Positions 32,205 through 43,105 of a DNA stretch of 64,000 bases are shown here, piece after piece. A program made the translations under genes and the position numbers. The stretch is taken from the NCBI GenBank assembly GCA_000004985.1, contig GG738882.1. One strand, 5' to 3'. Positions within the stretch are counted from its first letter, which is position 1; each line of letters opens with the position of its first letter. Under the pieces are notes generated by a model. That model saw nothing but the letters and a program-made list of their open reading frames with translations, searched no databases and was not told the origin of the DNA. The DNA comes from Naegleria gruberi. Its lineage: Eukaryota.

Positions 32205-33257
32205 TTATTCTTGATCTTCTTCTGAAGATTTATGTAAATTCAAGAATGCAGACCAATAGTTGTGCATATCAATAGCAACAACACATGAATCCTTAACAGC
32301 TTCAACTTCATCAGCTTGGAATTCTTCTAATAATTTGAGTGATTCTGGTTCAGAAATTGATCCCAAAGCTTCAGCAGCTTCGTGACGGACCATAGCATGT
32401 TGATTCTTATCACGCAATGTACTTTCGAGAGCTTCAGCAGCAGCTCTTTCTTGAATTTGACCCAAAACAAAGGCAACTTCATGTTTGAAAAGAGCACCTT
32501 CTTCTGGATTAGTCAAACCTTGACACAAAACTTCAATAGCTTGTCCCTTTCTCTTATAACACAAAGCATAATCATGCTTGTCCAATTCCAAATATTGACC
32601 AGCAATGTTTCTCAAAGTAAACATAGCCTTATATCTTTCAAAAAGTGGCTTGCTCATATCGAGGAAAGTATTCTTAATATCATCAAATTGGAGTTTCTTA
32701 TCATTTTCACAAGCTGGAGCAGGATCGACACTTGAGAATGGTGAATAGATAGTCTCTTCGTCACTTTGTTTCTTCTTTAATTGTTCTTGTTGATATTCAA
32801 TATTCAAAATAGCCAATTCACAAGTTTCTCTAACTTCTCTGAGGGAATCCTTGCTGTGTTCTTCAAGTGCAGGGAGAGCAAGAGGTGATCCGATAGCACC
32901 CAAAGCTTCACCAGCTTCGTGACGAACCATGCAATCTTCGGAAAGATCACTTAAAATCTTGACAAGAATAGGAATGGCATGCTCAGAGTGAATTTGACCC
33001 ATCACATAACCAATTTCGTGTCTCAAGAGAGCACTCTTACTGACAAAACCACTTGAAAGAACATCAATGGCTCTTTTAATTTTATCTTCGGATTCAGTCC
33101 ATTGCTTTAAATAATAAAGCATACGTGAACGTCTACTGACTGGAATGTCATCATTGGACAATAATTGTTTCAATTCGTCATCTGTGAAGGCAGCAAATTC
33201 ATCGGCTGGATCGTTGAAATTGTGTTTATCGGTTGAGATTTCTTCTTGTTGGCTCAT
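32205..33257 (-). CDS. Deoxyhypusine hydroxylase (HEAT-repeat di-iron enzyme).
   Basis: 350-aa ORF with paired HEAT-like repeats carrying the conserved His-Glu motifs (RHEIGYVMGQI, RHEAGEALGAIG, KHEVAFVLGQI, RHEAAEALGSI). ATG behind aaaaaaa. Confidence 0.8.
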   Translation of the reverse strand: MSQQEEISTDKHNFNDPADEFAAFTDDELKQLLSNDDIPVSRRSRMLYYLKQWTESEDKIKRAIDVLSSGFVSKSALLRHEIGYVMGQIHSEHAIPILVKILSDLSEDCMVRHEAGEALGAIGSPLALPALEEHSKDSLREVRETCELAILNIEYQQEQLKKKQSDEETIYSPFSSVDPAPACENDKKLQFDDIKNTFLDMSKPLFERYKAMFTLRNIAGQYLELDKHDYALCYKRKGQAIEVLCQGLTNPEEGALFKHEVAFVLGQIQERAAAEALESTLRDKNQHAMVRHEAAEALGSISEPESLKLLEEFQADEVEAVKDSCVVAIDMHNYWSAFLNLHKSSEEDQE

Positions 33258-33569
33258 TTTTTTTGTTGACGAAGAACTTTTTCAATTAATTATTCAATTT
33301 ATTTCAATTTTTCAAATGTAAATAGATAGAAAGGTTGTGTTTGTTGATATGAACAATTGATGTTACAATGGAATCAAATGATTGGACCAAGTGTTCTGTC
33401 GAAGAATTTCATAGAAAGTGTGTTCCGATGATAGTTTATCCAAATTGCACACTTGATCTATTCTTTCTCATTCCAAAATCCTATTTAAAGCACATGGTTC
33501 AATAATCTTTTTGTCATCAAGTGTACACTTTTTGTAAACAATTCAACAATCAATAGGCGGTCATCACAT

Positions 33570-36500
33570 ATGTTAATTAGTGATTGTAAAAATAATAATT
33601 GGAACAAGATGAACTCGAGTCCGATGATGAACATGAGTTTTCAAAATTTACAAACACAAAAAAAAATGATCAGCTCCAAGCCCTTGTCATTTGTGATCAA
33701 TTCTTCTGCATCAGATGAAAATTCGGAAGAGAAGAATACAACAACATCAGCAACAAGTGAAAATGAAATGGAAAGAAAGAGATATGATAGACAAATGAGA
33801 GCAATTGGTAAGGAGGCCATGACACAGATTGGATCGGCAAGAATTTTGGTGATTGGATGTGGTGGTTTAGGTGTTGAAATTGTCAAGAATTTAATGTTGA
33901 TGGGATTCAAGTCTATTACAGTTTTTGATAACAAGAAGATTGTATCATATTTGGATTTGAACAGTCATTTCTACTTGAATGAAGATCATGTTGGATTGAA
34001 TAGACTCGATTCTGTGATTGATAGCTTGTACGAATTGAATCCATATTGTAAATTAGAAAAGTTAGAGGCCGAAACTTTGACTGAAGATATCATCAAGAAA
34101 TTTAACATTGTCATCAGTAGTGATGAGTTGATTGTTTCGGATTATGTAATTAATATTTCAGAAATTTGTCACACCAATGGTATCAAGTTTATTGCAGGCT
34201 ATACCATCGGCTTGTTTTCATCGAGTTTTGTTGATTTTGGAGAGGGATTTGTTGTCAAGGATGCAGATGGTGAGGCTCCTTCACATGGTATTGTATCCGG
34301 AATTGAAATTGTTCAAAAAGATGGAATCTCTGTTGCCATCATCAATACAAAGGATGAAACACAACCAGAGCCACACAACTTGTCCAATGATGACTATGTT
34401 AAATTCCACTCTATTGAAGGAATGGTCCAATTGAACAATACTGAAAAACCTTTCCAAGTCAAGGTAGTAGATGTTTACAGATTTGAACTTATAGGATTGG
34501 ATGTTTCAGAGTTTGGATCATACACACAAGGAGGTTACTTTAGACAGGTTAAACAAGAGAAAGTCTTGGATTTCAAGAGTTTGAAGCAATCTCTTGTTGA
34601 TATCGATGCTGGATTGTTTGATGATATTTCTGCATTCCTATTGTACAATTTTGCCAAGATGGATTATCCTATCAAATTGCACTATTATTCCCTTGCTCTC
34701 AATAGATTCATTTCACAAAAAGGCAGACTTCCTCAAAATTATAACACTGAAGAAGCTAAGGAAATAATCTCTATTGCTTCAAATATTTTGGAATCTACTG
34801 AAAGAAAGGCTCCATACTTTGTTGATGAAATTTTATTCTCCCTCTTGTCTTATACCATGTCAGGTCCATTGAATCCAATGTGTACCATGTTGGGTGGTTT
34901 GCTTGCACAAGAAGCTCAAAAGGCATGTACTGGAAAATTCTCTCCTCTCTTCCAATGGTGTTACTTGGAATCTGTTAATTCAATTCCAGATATTATTACC
35001 AATGCTATCAAGGAAAATGTTAATGCTGACATTCGACCAACCCTCTCCAAATTGAATATTGATGTCGAGCCAAAGAATAATAGATATGATGCACAAAATA
35101 TGATATTTGGTGCTGATTTCCAACAACATTTGACCAATCAAAAAGTTTTCCTTGTAGGAGCTGGTGCTTTGGGATGTGAGTATTTGAAGAATTTTGCCAT
35201 GATTGGTTTGGGTTCAGGACCAAGAGGTACACTCTCTGTGACTGATATGGATTCTATTGAAGTATCCAATTTGAGTAGACAATTCTTGTTCAGAGAGGAA
35301 CATGTGGGAAAGATGAAGAGTGAATGTGCTGCCAAGGCTGCTCAAAAGATGAATCCATCACTCAATATTAGAGCTATGGCTGATAGAGTTGGAAAGGAAA
35401 CTGAAAATGTTTTTGATTCTTCTTTCTGGGGTGAGCTTGACCTTGTTGTCAATGCTCTGGATAATTTGGAAGCAAGACTCTATGTTGACTCCAAGTGTGT
35501 CTACAATCAAAAACCATTATTGGAAAGTGGTACTCTTGGAGCTAAGGCTAATAGTGAAGTCATTTTACCATTCGTCACCAACAATTATGGTAAACATAAG
35601 GATCCACCTCAAAAGCAATTCCCTGAATGTACCATTCACAGATATCCAAACATGATTCAACACACTATTTCTTGGGCTAAAGCTTTCTTCCAATCTTCAT
35701 TCACCAAATCTGTTGAAGAAGCAAAACTCTTCTTGAAATCACCGCAAGCATTCTTTGAAGAGAAGGGAAACAATATGGTTACTTTGGACTCTGTAACAAT
35801 GTACTTGTGTCAAAGACCTCAAAGTTTTGAAGACTGCTTGAGCTGGAGTGTAATTAGATTTGAAGAGCTTTACAATCACTCAATCAAAAATATTTTACTC
35901 ACTTACCCAGAAGCTTTCACAACAAGTTCTGGTGCCAGATTTTGGAGTGGTTCCAAGAAATGTCCAAAGCCGATCGAATTTTCTGTTGAAGACGAAACTC
36001 ATTTGAAATTTGTATTTTATGGCGCTTTACTTTATGCCTCACTCTTTAATATTGAAGGTCCAGCCGATTGCAGATCTAACCATGCCAAGTTCTTCGAAGC
36101 TAACAAACAATATCTTATTGATGTGGTTTCTAGAACAGTCATTCCAAAATACATTCCAAATCCAATTAGCAGAGACGATGACGATGCTAAGGACTCTTCA
36201 AAGGAAGGATCTTCTGAAAAGCCAAAGGAGCTATCTGAAGAAGAAATTGAACGTCAACAAAGACAAATGAATGAATATACCACCAAGCTTAGAAATGATC
36301 TCACCACTGTAGCAGAGAAAATTGATAGCGACCGTGCCTTATTGGAAACAGCCTTCTTTTTGACTGATATCGACTTTGAAAAAGATGATGACATGCATAT
36401 GGAATTTATCACCAGTGCTAGTAATTTAAGAGCCAGATGTTACAATATTCCTGAAATTGATGTTTATGAAACTAAGGGTATTGCTGGAAGTATCATTCCA

Positions 36501-37124
36501 GCCATGATTACCACCACTGCACTCATTACTGGTCTTGTTGTTCTTGAGCTCTATAAGGTTTTGGATTTGAACTTTAATGAACTCAAAGAAAAACTCAAGA
36601 CTGAAGGAGATAAGGAAAAGTTTTTGGAAAGATTTAGCAATTCCTATGTAAATATTGGAATTCCATTCATTACTCAATCCGAACCAGTTCCATGCAAGAA
36701 AGATGTTGCCAATGGTTTGTACGATATTTGGGAAACTATCAATATTTCAAAGACCAAGGATAATGTTGGAACTCTGGGTGAGCTCATCGAACACATTCAA
36801 TCAACAACCAAGTTGACAGTCACCAGTGTTACTTACGAAGGTGCCATACTGTACACCTGTTTTATGGCTGATGAAACTAAGGAAAAGAGAATGGCTCGTC
36901 CACTCGATCAACTTTTGAATGCCATTTTCAAATCAGAAAAGAGCAAGACAGTTTTCAACTTGGGAGTTTTGGCTATGGATCTCAACAGTACAACCAACTC
37001 TGATATTGTAACTTTACCAACAGTTGTTTACTCTGCAGAGAAGGGTGGTTTATCTGAGGAAGAAAAGAAGAAACTATTATTAGAAAAGAAAAAGCAATTG
37101 CTTAAACAAAAGCAACAAAAGTAA
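33570..37124 (+). CDS. Ubiquitin-activating enzyme E1 (UBA1/UBA6 family).
   Basis: 1184-aa ORF. Two ThiF/MoeB adenylation repeats (RYDRQMRAIG...ILVIGCGGLGVE; RYDAQNMIFG...VFLVGAGALGCEYLKN). The catalytic Cys context is ESGTLGAKANSEVILPFVTNNYGKHKDPPQKQFPECTIHRYPNMIQHTISWAK. The true start may be the ATG at 33610 (MNSSP...). Confidence 0.85.
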   Translation: MLISDCKNNNWNKMNSSPMMNMSFQNLQTQKKMISSKPLSFVINSSASDENSEEKNTTTSATSENEMERKRYDRQMRAIGKEAMTQIGSARILVIGCGGLGVEIVKNLMLMGFKSITVFDNKKIVSYLDLNSHFYLNEDHVGLNRLDSVIDSLYELNPYCKLEKLEAETLTEDIIKKFNIVISSDELIVSDYVINISEICHTNGIKFIAGYTIGLFSSSFVDFGEGFVVKDADGEAPSHGIVSGIEIVQKDGISVAIINTKDETQPEPHNLSNDDYVKFHSIEGMVQLNNTEKPFQVKVVDVYRFELIGLDVSEFGSYTQGGYFRQVKQEKVLDFKSLKQSLVDIDAGLFDDISAFLLYNFAKMDYPIKLHYYSLALNRFISQKGRLPQNYNTEEAKEIISIASNILESTERKAPYFVDEILFSLLSYTMSGPLNPMCTMLGGLLAQEAQKACTGKFSPLFQWCYLESVNSIPDIITNAIKENVNADIRPTLSKLNIDVEPKNNRYDAQNMIFGADFQQHLTNQKVFLVGAGALGCEYLKNFAMIGLGSGPRGTLSVTDMDSIEVSNLSRQFLFREEHVGKMKSECAAKAAQKMNPSLNIRAMADRVGKETENVFDSSFWGELDLVVNALDNLEARLYVDSKCVYNQKPLLESGTLGAKANSEVILPFVTNNYGKHKDPPQKQFPECTIHRYPNMIQHTISWAKAFFQSSFTKSVEEAKLFLKSPQAFFEEKGNNMVTLDSVTMYLCQRPQSFEDCLSWSVIRFEELYNHSIKNILLTYPEAFTTSSGARFWSGSKKCPKPIEFSVEDETHLKFVFYGALLYASLFNIEGPADCRSNHAKFFEANKQYLIDVVSRTVIPKYIPNPISRDDDDAKDSSKEGSSEKPKELSEEEIERQQRQMNEYTTKLRNDLTTVAEKIDSDRALLETAFFLTDIDFEKDDDMHMEFITSASNLRARCYNIPEIDVYETKGIAGSIIPAMITTTALITGLVVLELYKVLDLNFNELKEKLKTEGDKEKFLERFSNSYVNIGIPFITQSEPVPCKKDVANGLYDIWETINISKTKDNVGTLGELIEHIQSTTKLTVTSVTYEGAILYTCFMADETKEKRMARPLDQLLNAIFKSEKSKTVFNLGVLAMDLNSTTNSDIVTLPTVVYSAEKGGLSEEEKKKLLLEKKKQLLKQKQQK

Positions 37125-37153
37125 ATTATTGTTTTGTAAGTAATAAGTAATAT

Positions 37154-37924
37154 TTATTTGTAATAATAAATAACCAAAAAAGCAAACATTATGATAATTG
37201 TGATGGCTTTAAATAAATCAATAACTTCTTTTCTTTCCTTGCTAAGTAAAATAGATTCCATATTTGCAAACCCATGCTCCACAGTTTTTTCAACTAACGT
37301 AACCTGACTCTTCAAATTTGATATCCTCTTTTTGAGTTTTTCAATTTTGCGACAAGTTTCATGACTGTTGCTGATTGATGTTATGGTGTCCGAAGAACTT
37401 ATAGTGGAAGCAGACGATCTGTCATTTCTTGGAGAAAGTGGATATGTTGGAGGGTATATTTTGGTCGGACCATACTGTTCATCACTTGAAACAACGTTGA
37501 AGTCTTTAATACTGTCGTTCAACTTTTCAGCAAGATTGAATAGTTGAGAAATAATATTAGTTGCTTTGTCTCTGTTACATTGAAAAACAACATCTATTAA
37601 ATTATCACCACATCTGCGAATACCACCATCAAGTTTAAAATCTTGCAAGAGAGTGTTGTAGTTTGTCTTTGATCCGTTAATGTCTTTATTTTTACTAATT
37701 CGGGAATAAATTGTAATATTTTCCGATTTTCCAAAGTTTTTTGTCTTGTTTTCTACTAAATGAATAGCCGTTAATTTGGAAATTTTAGGCCTTCTATTTA
37801 CATCACTATTGAATATTACAGCGTTGTTAAAATGTTTGCAAGTCATCATCAAGTTGTATTTGATTGACGGAGAGAAGGCAATAATTTCAGAAAGCAAATG
37901 GTAAGGAAAAAGTTGTTGTTTCAT
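37154..37924 (-). CDS. Hypothetical F-box-like, tail-anchored protein.
   Basis: 256 aa. N-terminal F-box-like segment (LFPYHLLSEIIAFSPSIKYNLMMTCKHFNNAV). Coiled-coil region. A single C-terminal hydrophobic helix ends the protein (ITIIIMFAFLVIYYYK). Confidence 0.4.
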   Translation of the reverse strand: MKQQLFPYHLLSEIIAFSPSIKYNLMMTCKHFNNAVIFNSDVNRRPKISKLTAIHLVENKTKNFGKSENITIYSRISKNKDINGSKTNYNTLLQDFKLDGGIRRCGDNLIDVVFQCNRDKATNIISQLFNLAEKLNDSIKDFNVVSSDEQYGPTKIYPPTYPLSPRNDRSSASTISSSDTITSISNSHETCRKIEKLKKRISNLKSQVTLVEKTVEHGFANMESILLSKERKEVIDLFKAITIIIMFAFLVIYYYK

Positions 37925-38292
37925 TTTTTATTTTTAGTCTAGTTTTTAGAAACAGGTTTGGATTTTTTAGACTTGGAATCAATCTGCATATCTTTGATTT
38001 GAATATCAGCGACTGTAATAAACTTGTAGCCATTACATGAGGTATCAATTTATAATTTTTGTTGCATTTCAATTGCTTCAGTAACAGTTCTTAAAGGATA
38101 GACTAAAAATGTTGAAATGTCATTAGCAATACAACGACACTGGTAAAAATTCTTGAGAAAACGTCTCCGGCCAGCGTCCGTGATTCAACAATTAAAAAAA
38201 AATGATCAAACAACAACATGATACTATCTCATCCTTTGATCACTCTATAGAGATCCAACAACAAAAAAACAACACAACTTTTACTTTTAAAT

Positions 38293-39066
38293 ATGACTAA
38301 ATCAGCAAATAAATTAATAGATTTCGTTACTTATACCAATGATTGCTTTACGTCAAAAAGCAAGCCAAAGGTAGAGAAGATCTTTGACTCAATCGAGAAG
38401 AAGGTTGCCAAGAAAAGAAAGGTAAGTTTTTTATTTATTATTATTATATATGTATTATAATTGAATTGAATTAAATAATACAATTAGAGCACTACCACCA
38501 AGAAAACAAGCAAGAACACACTCATCAACATTCCAAAGAAAGCAACCAAGCCTACACCTTGTCAATTTGGTGGTGTTGATTGGAGATCTGTTATTGCCAC
38601 TTATGATCAAGATATATTGGAACTCTACTATCAAAACAGAAGACTAAAAGAATTTACAATGGAGGCTGCAAACATTTTGCACACAAGATTGCAACCAAAT
38701 TTCAGCAAGTTCGGAACGTGGAATTTTCTAGGATCTTGTACAAAGGAATTATTGAACAAACTGTTCTCTCATCAAGATTGTTTGACTTGGGACGCTCCTT
38801 TTACATCAAAAGAAAACGGACAAGTTATCAAGAAGACTCAAACCTTCTTCTATTTTTGTGGATCTATGCCAGATTTATTAACAGGAGAGTTTGAATGGGA
38901 ATTTAAGCAACATCCAATTACGGAAGATTTCAATTTTAAACAGATCGAATCTTTTTATAATGAGCTAGTAATTATCATCAAACCAGATAATCGAGTCTTC
39001 TGTCATTACTCTCAAGTAACACAAAGCTTTTGTCCAATTCTCAAGAAATATCTTCGTGTTTGTTAA
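38293..39066 (+). CDS. Hypothetical protein. Two exons, 38293..38421 and 38488..39066.
   Basis: ATG (MTKSANKLIDF...) followed by a GTAAGT donor at 38422. The AT-rich 66-nt intron ends caattag at 38487 and is in frame with track ORF 38617..39066. No recognisable domain. Confidence 0.4.
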
Positions 39067-39126
39067 GTTTCAATAAATATGCCAATTTCAAAAATTACGT
39101 CAAGTTTCAATTTTAAATAAATCCAA

Positions 39127-41427
39127 TTAATTTATTTCAAAACCTCCTATTCTTTGAGGTGGCATTCTTTCTGGTGCTATCATTGCTTCAGGCATTGGAA
39201 CATTTCCTTCTTCATCTCTGTGTAAATTGGTTAAAGAGACCAACCAATTTTCATCATTCATTTCACCAAGTTCCATAATTAGTAATTTGGAGTGAAGGAA
39301 TGAGTGATCACTTTGTTCAACTTCTTTCAGTTCAGTGTGTTTTCCTAGCCATGGGAAACCATTTACACTTGCTAAATAAATACGTCTGTGCTCTTGTTGT
39401 AACAGTTGGAGAGTTTCTAACTTATTTGCTTTTCCACCTGAAGCTGTGCTTCTTTCTAGAGCTAACCGATGGCCAGCATGGATGTTTTCACTTCCTTCAT
39501 TAGCAAATTTCACTAATGGACCATAAATGAAAATCAAATCTGGAACATGCTTAATCAAAATGTGGAAGTAATATGCAAATTTTGATGTTGGATAAATCTC
39601 TCTCAATAAACGGCCAACGTACTTGCACATTAATTGTAAAGTGTCCTTCTTGTCCACATCACCAATTAGCGAATCAGGACCTTCAATAAAATCAAAAAAA
39701 ATAACTCGAACCAACTCCCACAACATCACTCCTTTGTAATCCAAATAGCCATCAAATATTTTCTCAAAGTTGCGGAGGATTTCATCAACTTGATCACCAT
39801 TTAAATATGGAATTTTTGGATAATGTTGATCACTCACACCTTCATCTTCATCCTCTTGTCTCTCGTTTCTGTATTTGAATTGAGATAGATGTGGTAATCT
39901 TTTCATTCTTGATTCAATTACATCCCATACATCTTTTCCGTGTTGGAGTAAAATCTGTACCACCAAACAAGAAACAATTCTCATCTTCATATGCAAGGAA
40001 CAAATAATATTATGGACTAGGACATTAGGCATCATTCTGAAAAATAATGTTCTTGGATCATTATCATGTTCATAAAGATGACGTTGTGATTTCTTACATT
40101 TACAATAAGGACAAAAACATTCTTCATCATTCAAGTCAGATATTAATCCAAACATCTTCAAATCATGTACCATGAATATTTTGATTGGAATGGAAGTATC
40201 ATTATACATTATTTCAAAGAAACCAGTTAAAGAATTGTAACTTTCCTCTAATATTGAAGTAATGAACCTTAAAATGGCATTAGATGCTTCCATATTTTCA
40301 TCATAATCTAGAATGGCACAAATAATTTGAGAGAATCTGGATTGTGCTGCCACTTGTAAATTTAAAGGAGCAACAGATCCCACCAAATAAGTCTCAGTTC
40401 CCTTATCTAATGAAAGTTTCAAGTCTACACTAGAAAGGCTATTGCTAATATTATTCTTGCTACAAATTGATTTGTGAATATTTAACATGTCACCCAATAC
40501 TTTCACAAAATTACAACAAACGGCTACACCATTAACAAACACGTTATATCTAGCTTGGGTGCATTCATGAATGGCACTTCTCAATCTACACAATGTTCTA
40601 GAACAAGGAAGAATACATTTCAAACCTGTATATTCAATGAATGTTTGATATTTCTCATCACTTAGTAGAATGAAATCTTTCACATATTGAATTAGTTTCT
40701 TGCTTATATCTAATTTACTTTTGACTGTAGAAACAGCATTCTTGATTTGTAACCATAATGATTCGTTTTCTTTACCTGTGGATGGATTAATTCTCATACA
40801 CCTTAACATCTTCACAAATTCTGGGATATTTCTTTGAAAGTAGAGAGCTAACATTAACAGTAAGTTTAATCCACAAGCTGTACAAATACCATACAAAATA
40901 TTCATAACATTATTTACAATTTTGTTTCTATAGGTAGCATCTGTCATTTCTGTAATTTTCTTTCTATACTTTGTGGAACATGTGATACTTTCATTACCAC
41001 AAGCAGAACAGCAACCTCCTACGAATTTCAAATTAATTCCTGACTGCTCAACATTATTTCTTATTACAATGGGTGTTAAATCTTGGACTAAATATTTGGA
41101 AATTAATTCCAAAACAGATTCTTTACATTTACAGGATGGACTCAATAGAAATGATAAGGCCCAAACCGGTTCAACAAATTTATTTTTTTCAATCATCATT
41201 CCTTTCCAATTGGATTTATTAGGTTTAAAATATTTTGGCTTTCTTGGAGTTGTACTATATTTCTTTAATAATTTTGTAATATTAATGTATTTTTCTTCAT
41301 TTTGGGTTGTTATTTCAATATCAGTTCGATCAAAAATAGTATGGATATTTGGAATTACCTCACTTAGTGACAGAAATTCGGATTGTTGATCATTACTTGA
41401 TGATTGAGTATGATCAAGGGATGACAT
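39127..41427 (-). CDS. Large cysteine-rich protein of unknown function. It may be transposase-derived or a member of a multicopy family.
   Basis: 766-aa ORF with Cys clusters (SPSCKCKES, VGGCCSACGNESITCS, YGICTACGL, LKCILPCSRTLCRLRSAIHEC, ECFCPYCKCKKSQRH). A degraded paralogous copy lies immediately upstream (see the pseudogene feature). ATG behind an A-rich run. Confidence 0.5.
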   Translation of the reverse strand: MSSLDHTQSSSNDQQSEFLSLSEVIPNIHTIFDRTDIEITTQNEEKYINITKLLKKYSTTPRKPKYFKPNKSNWKGMMIEKNKFVEPVWALSFLLSPSCKCKESVLELISKYLVQDLTPIVIRNNVEQSGINLKFVGGCCSACGNESITCSTKYRKKITEMTDATYRNKIVNNVMNILYGICTACGLNLLLMLALYFQRNIPEFVKMLRCMRINPSTGKENESLWLQIKNAVSTVKSKLDISKKLIQYVKDFILLSDEKYQTFIEYTGLKCILPCSRTLCRLRSAIHECTQARYNVFVNGVAVCCNFVKVLGDMLNIHKSICSKNNISNSLSSVDLKLSLDKGTETYLVGSVAPLNLQVAAQSRFSQIICAILDYDENMEASNAILRFITSILEESYNSLTGFFEIMYNDTSIPIKIFMVHDLKMFGLISDLNDEECFCPYCKCKKSQRHLYEHDNDPRTLFFRMMPNVLVHNIICSLHMKMRIVSCLVVQILLQHGKDVWDVIESRMKRLPHLSQFKYRNERQEDEDEGVSDQHYPKIPYLNGDQVDEILRNFEKIFDGYLDYKGVMLWELVRVIFFDFIEGPDSLIGDVDKKDTLQLMCKYVGRLLREIYPTSKFAYYFHILIKHVPDLIFIYGPLVKFANEGSENIHAGHRLALERSTASGGKANKLETLQLLQQEHRRIYLASVNGFPWLGKHTELKEVEQSDHSFLHSKLLIMELGEMNDENWLVSLTNLHRDEEGNVPMPEAMIAPERMPPQRIGGFEIN

Positions 41428-41429
41428 TT

Positions 41430-42700
41430 TATTTTAAACTTGTTTACAATAAAATTCCAGAAATATTTGGAGTTGTAGTATGTTCTCAATCTATAATTAA
41501 TTTTTTGAAGGTGGCATCTGGGGAGTTGTTGAAGCTTTATTAGGTTCATGGATATAAAAAGCTTCGCTTCTATAAAGAATGGGGCAACCAGGAGTGCACC
41601 ATCAGTAGGGTATTGTCATTGTATTGACATTTACAATAATCTCCTTTTTGGCATTTACATTTAGAACATGTATAGCTTTCAAGAAATAATGATAGCCATC
41701 TTTGTACAGAATCCCAAATCCAAGGACCTATTAGAATTCCAATCTTTTCAATTGAATCAGTGTAAGAGTTATAAACATCAATTGATTTTCCATTAATTTC
41801 ATTCAACTCTTCAACTAGTTTTGTAGCTAATTTGAATTGGGAAATAAGAAGCACAACAATTGTAAATAAATTAATCAGTTTTACTTCAAATTAATTTTCA
41901 GCAGAGTAAATTAAGGGCAACTTTCAGTCAAATACCAACACACTAAAAGCCGCATAGAAACTGAATGTTCACCGAATAGTCACTGAATGTTTACCATATA
42001 ATAACTGAATGGTTACTGAATATTTATTGAATAGTTACCCACAACAAAGCCTTGATAAAAATCAAGTCGCCAAGATGATGTAAAGACACCATGACAATAA
42101 ATCCAATCATCAAATCTTTTTCAATAAATTTCTTAATAACAATATTTCTAATTTGTAAAGGTAGCATTATTTGGATTTGAGAACTTACTTTCCACTAACT
42201 GTGATTGCAAATTGAGATTCTTGGAATATTGATATTGAAACTAAGAATTTTACCTAAACAATCTTTCTTCACCACCATGACATCATTAGCCGTAGTGTTA
42301 ACATGAAATTCCTATGTTTGAGTATTAATTATGAATGATTTGTTTCAATGATACTTACATAATTCTTATCAATAAGTTGGAGTAATGATGAATTTTCTTC
42401 TTTAGAGATACGAATAGACACTTCCCTTGAAATATTAATTGATTCTGCGAGGTAGTTTCAACTTGATATGTGCCATGAATAAATTTCTTGAATATCTTAT
42501 TATAGGATTCATATGGAAAACATAGGAGACCATGTCTCTCAATTTCGGTTAAATGAATAAGATGATGAACATTTAAGGACAAATATTCTGGAGGGTTCAA
42601 TTCATCGTACTCCAATACTGATATATATTTGCTTTTTCCAAATCCTCTTTGGAAATACAATCAGAAAATAATATTCTCAATGCTTCAGAAAGGTACTAAA
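41430..42700 (-). pseudogene. Decayed tandem paralog of the 39127..41427 Cys-rich gene.
   Basis: Fragment ORF 41570..41854 (…YNSYTDSIEKIGILIGP…TCSKCKCQKGDYCKCQYNDNTLLMVHSWLP) aligns with …MYNDTSIPIKIFMVHDL…ECFCPYCKCKKSQRHLYEHDNDPRTLFFRMMP of the intact gene. Fragment ORF 42355..42660 (KYISVLEYDELNPPEYLSLNVHHLIHLTEIERHGLLCFPYESYNKIFKKFIHG) aligns with KYVGRLLREIYPTSKFAYYFHILIKHVPDLIFIYGPLVKFANEGSENIHAG. Both lie on the same strand and in the same order, interrupted by frame breaks. Confidence 0.45.
41925..42055. repeat. Short degenerate tandem repeat (actgaatRgtYacc-like units).
   Basis: cactgaatgttcaccgaatagtcactgaatgtttaccatataataactgaatggttactgaatatttattgaatagttaccc shows 4-5 imperfect direct copies within the decayed paralog region. 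Confidence 0.3.
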
Positions 42701-43105
42701 ACCTCATGGCATTTCCACAACTAATAATCATCCAATGATGAAATTACAGCTCCATAAATTAACAATAGTGAACTATGTGACTTATTGTTAACCTTGGGAT
42801 TCTATGGAGATTACAATGAATGTAATACAGAGCTAAAGAAACACTTAGAAAGCAATCTCGAGTTCAATGAAGAGGAGAAACAAGATTTATCAGAAGCACT
42901 TTGCTATTTATTCAAAGATTGTTGTCCGACTTATGAAGGTTTGGAGCTAATCATTCAAGTAATGAAAAAGTTCAATATTACCTATGAATTGAGTAAGAAA
43001 TATCCAACAAAATCTGTTAATCCATATTCAGAAAGTGGAAGTAGAGGAAGACACAATAAATTCTTCAAATAAAAGGCAATCACTTAAGGTTATAGAGCTA
43101 ATATC

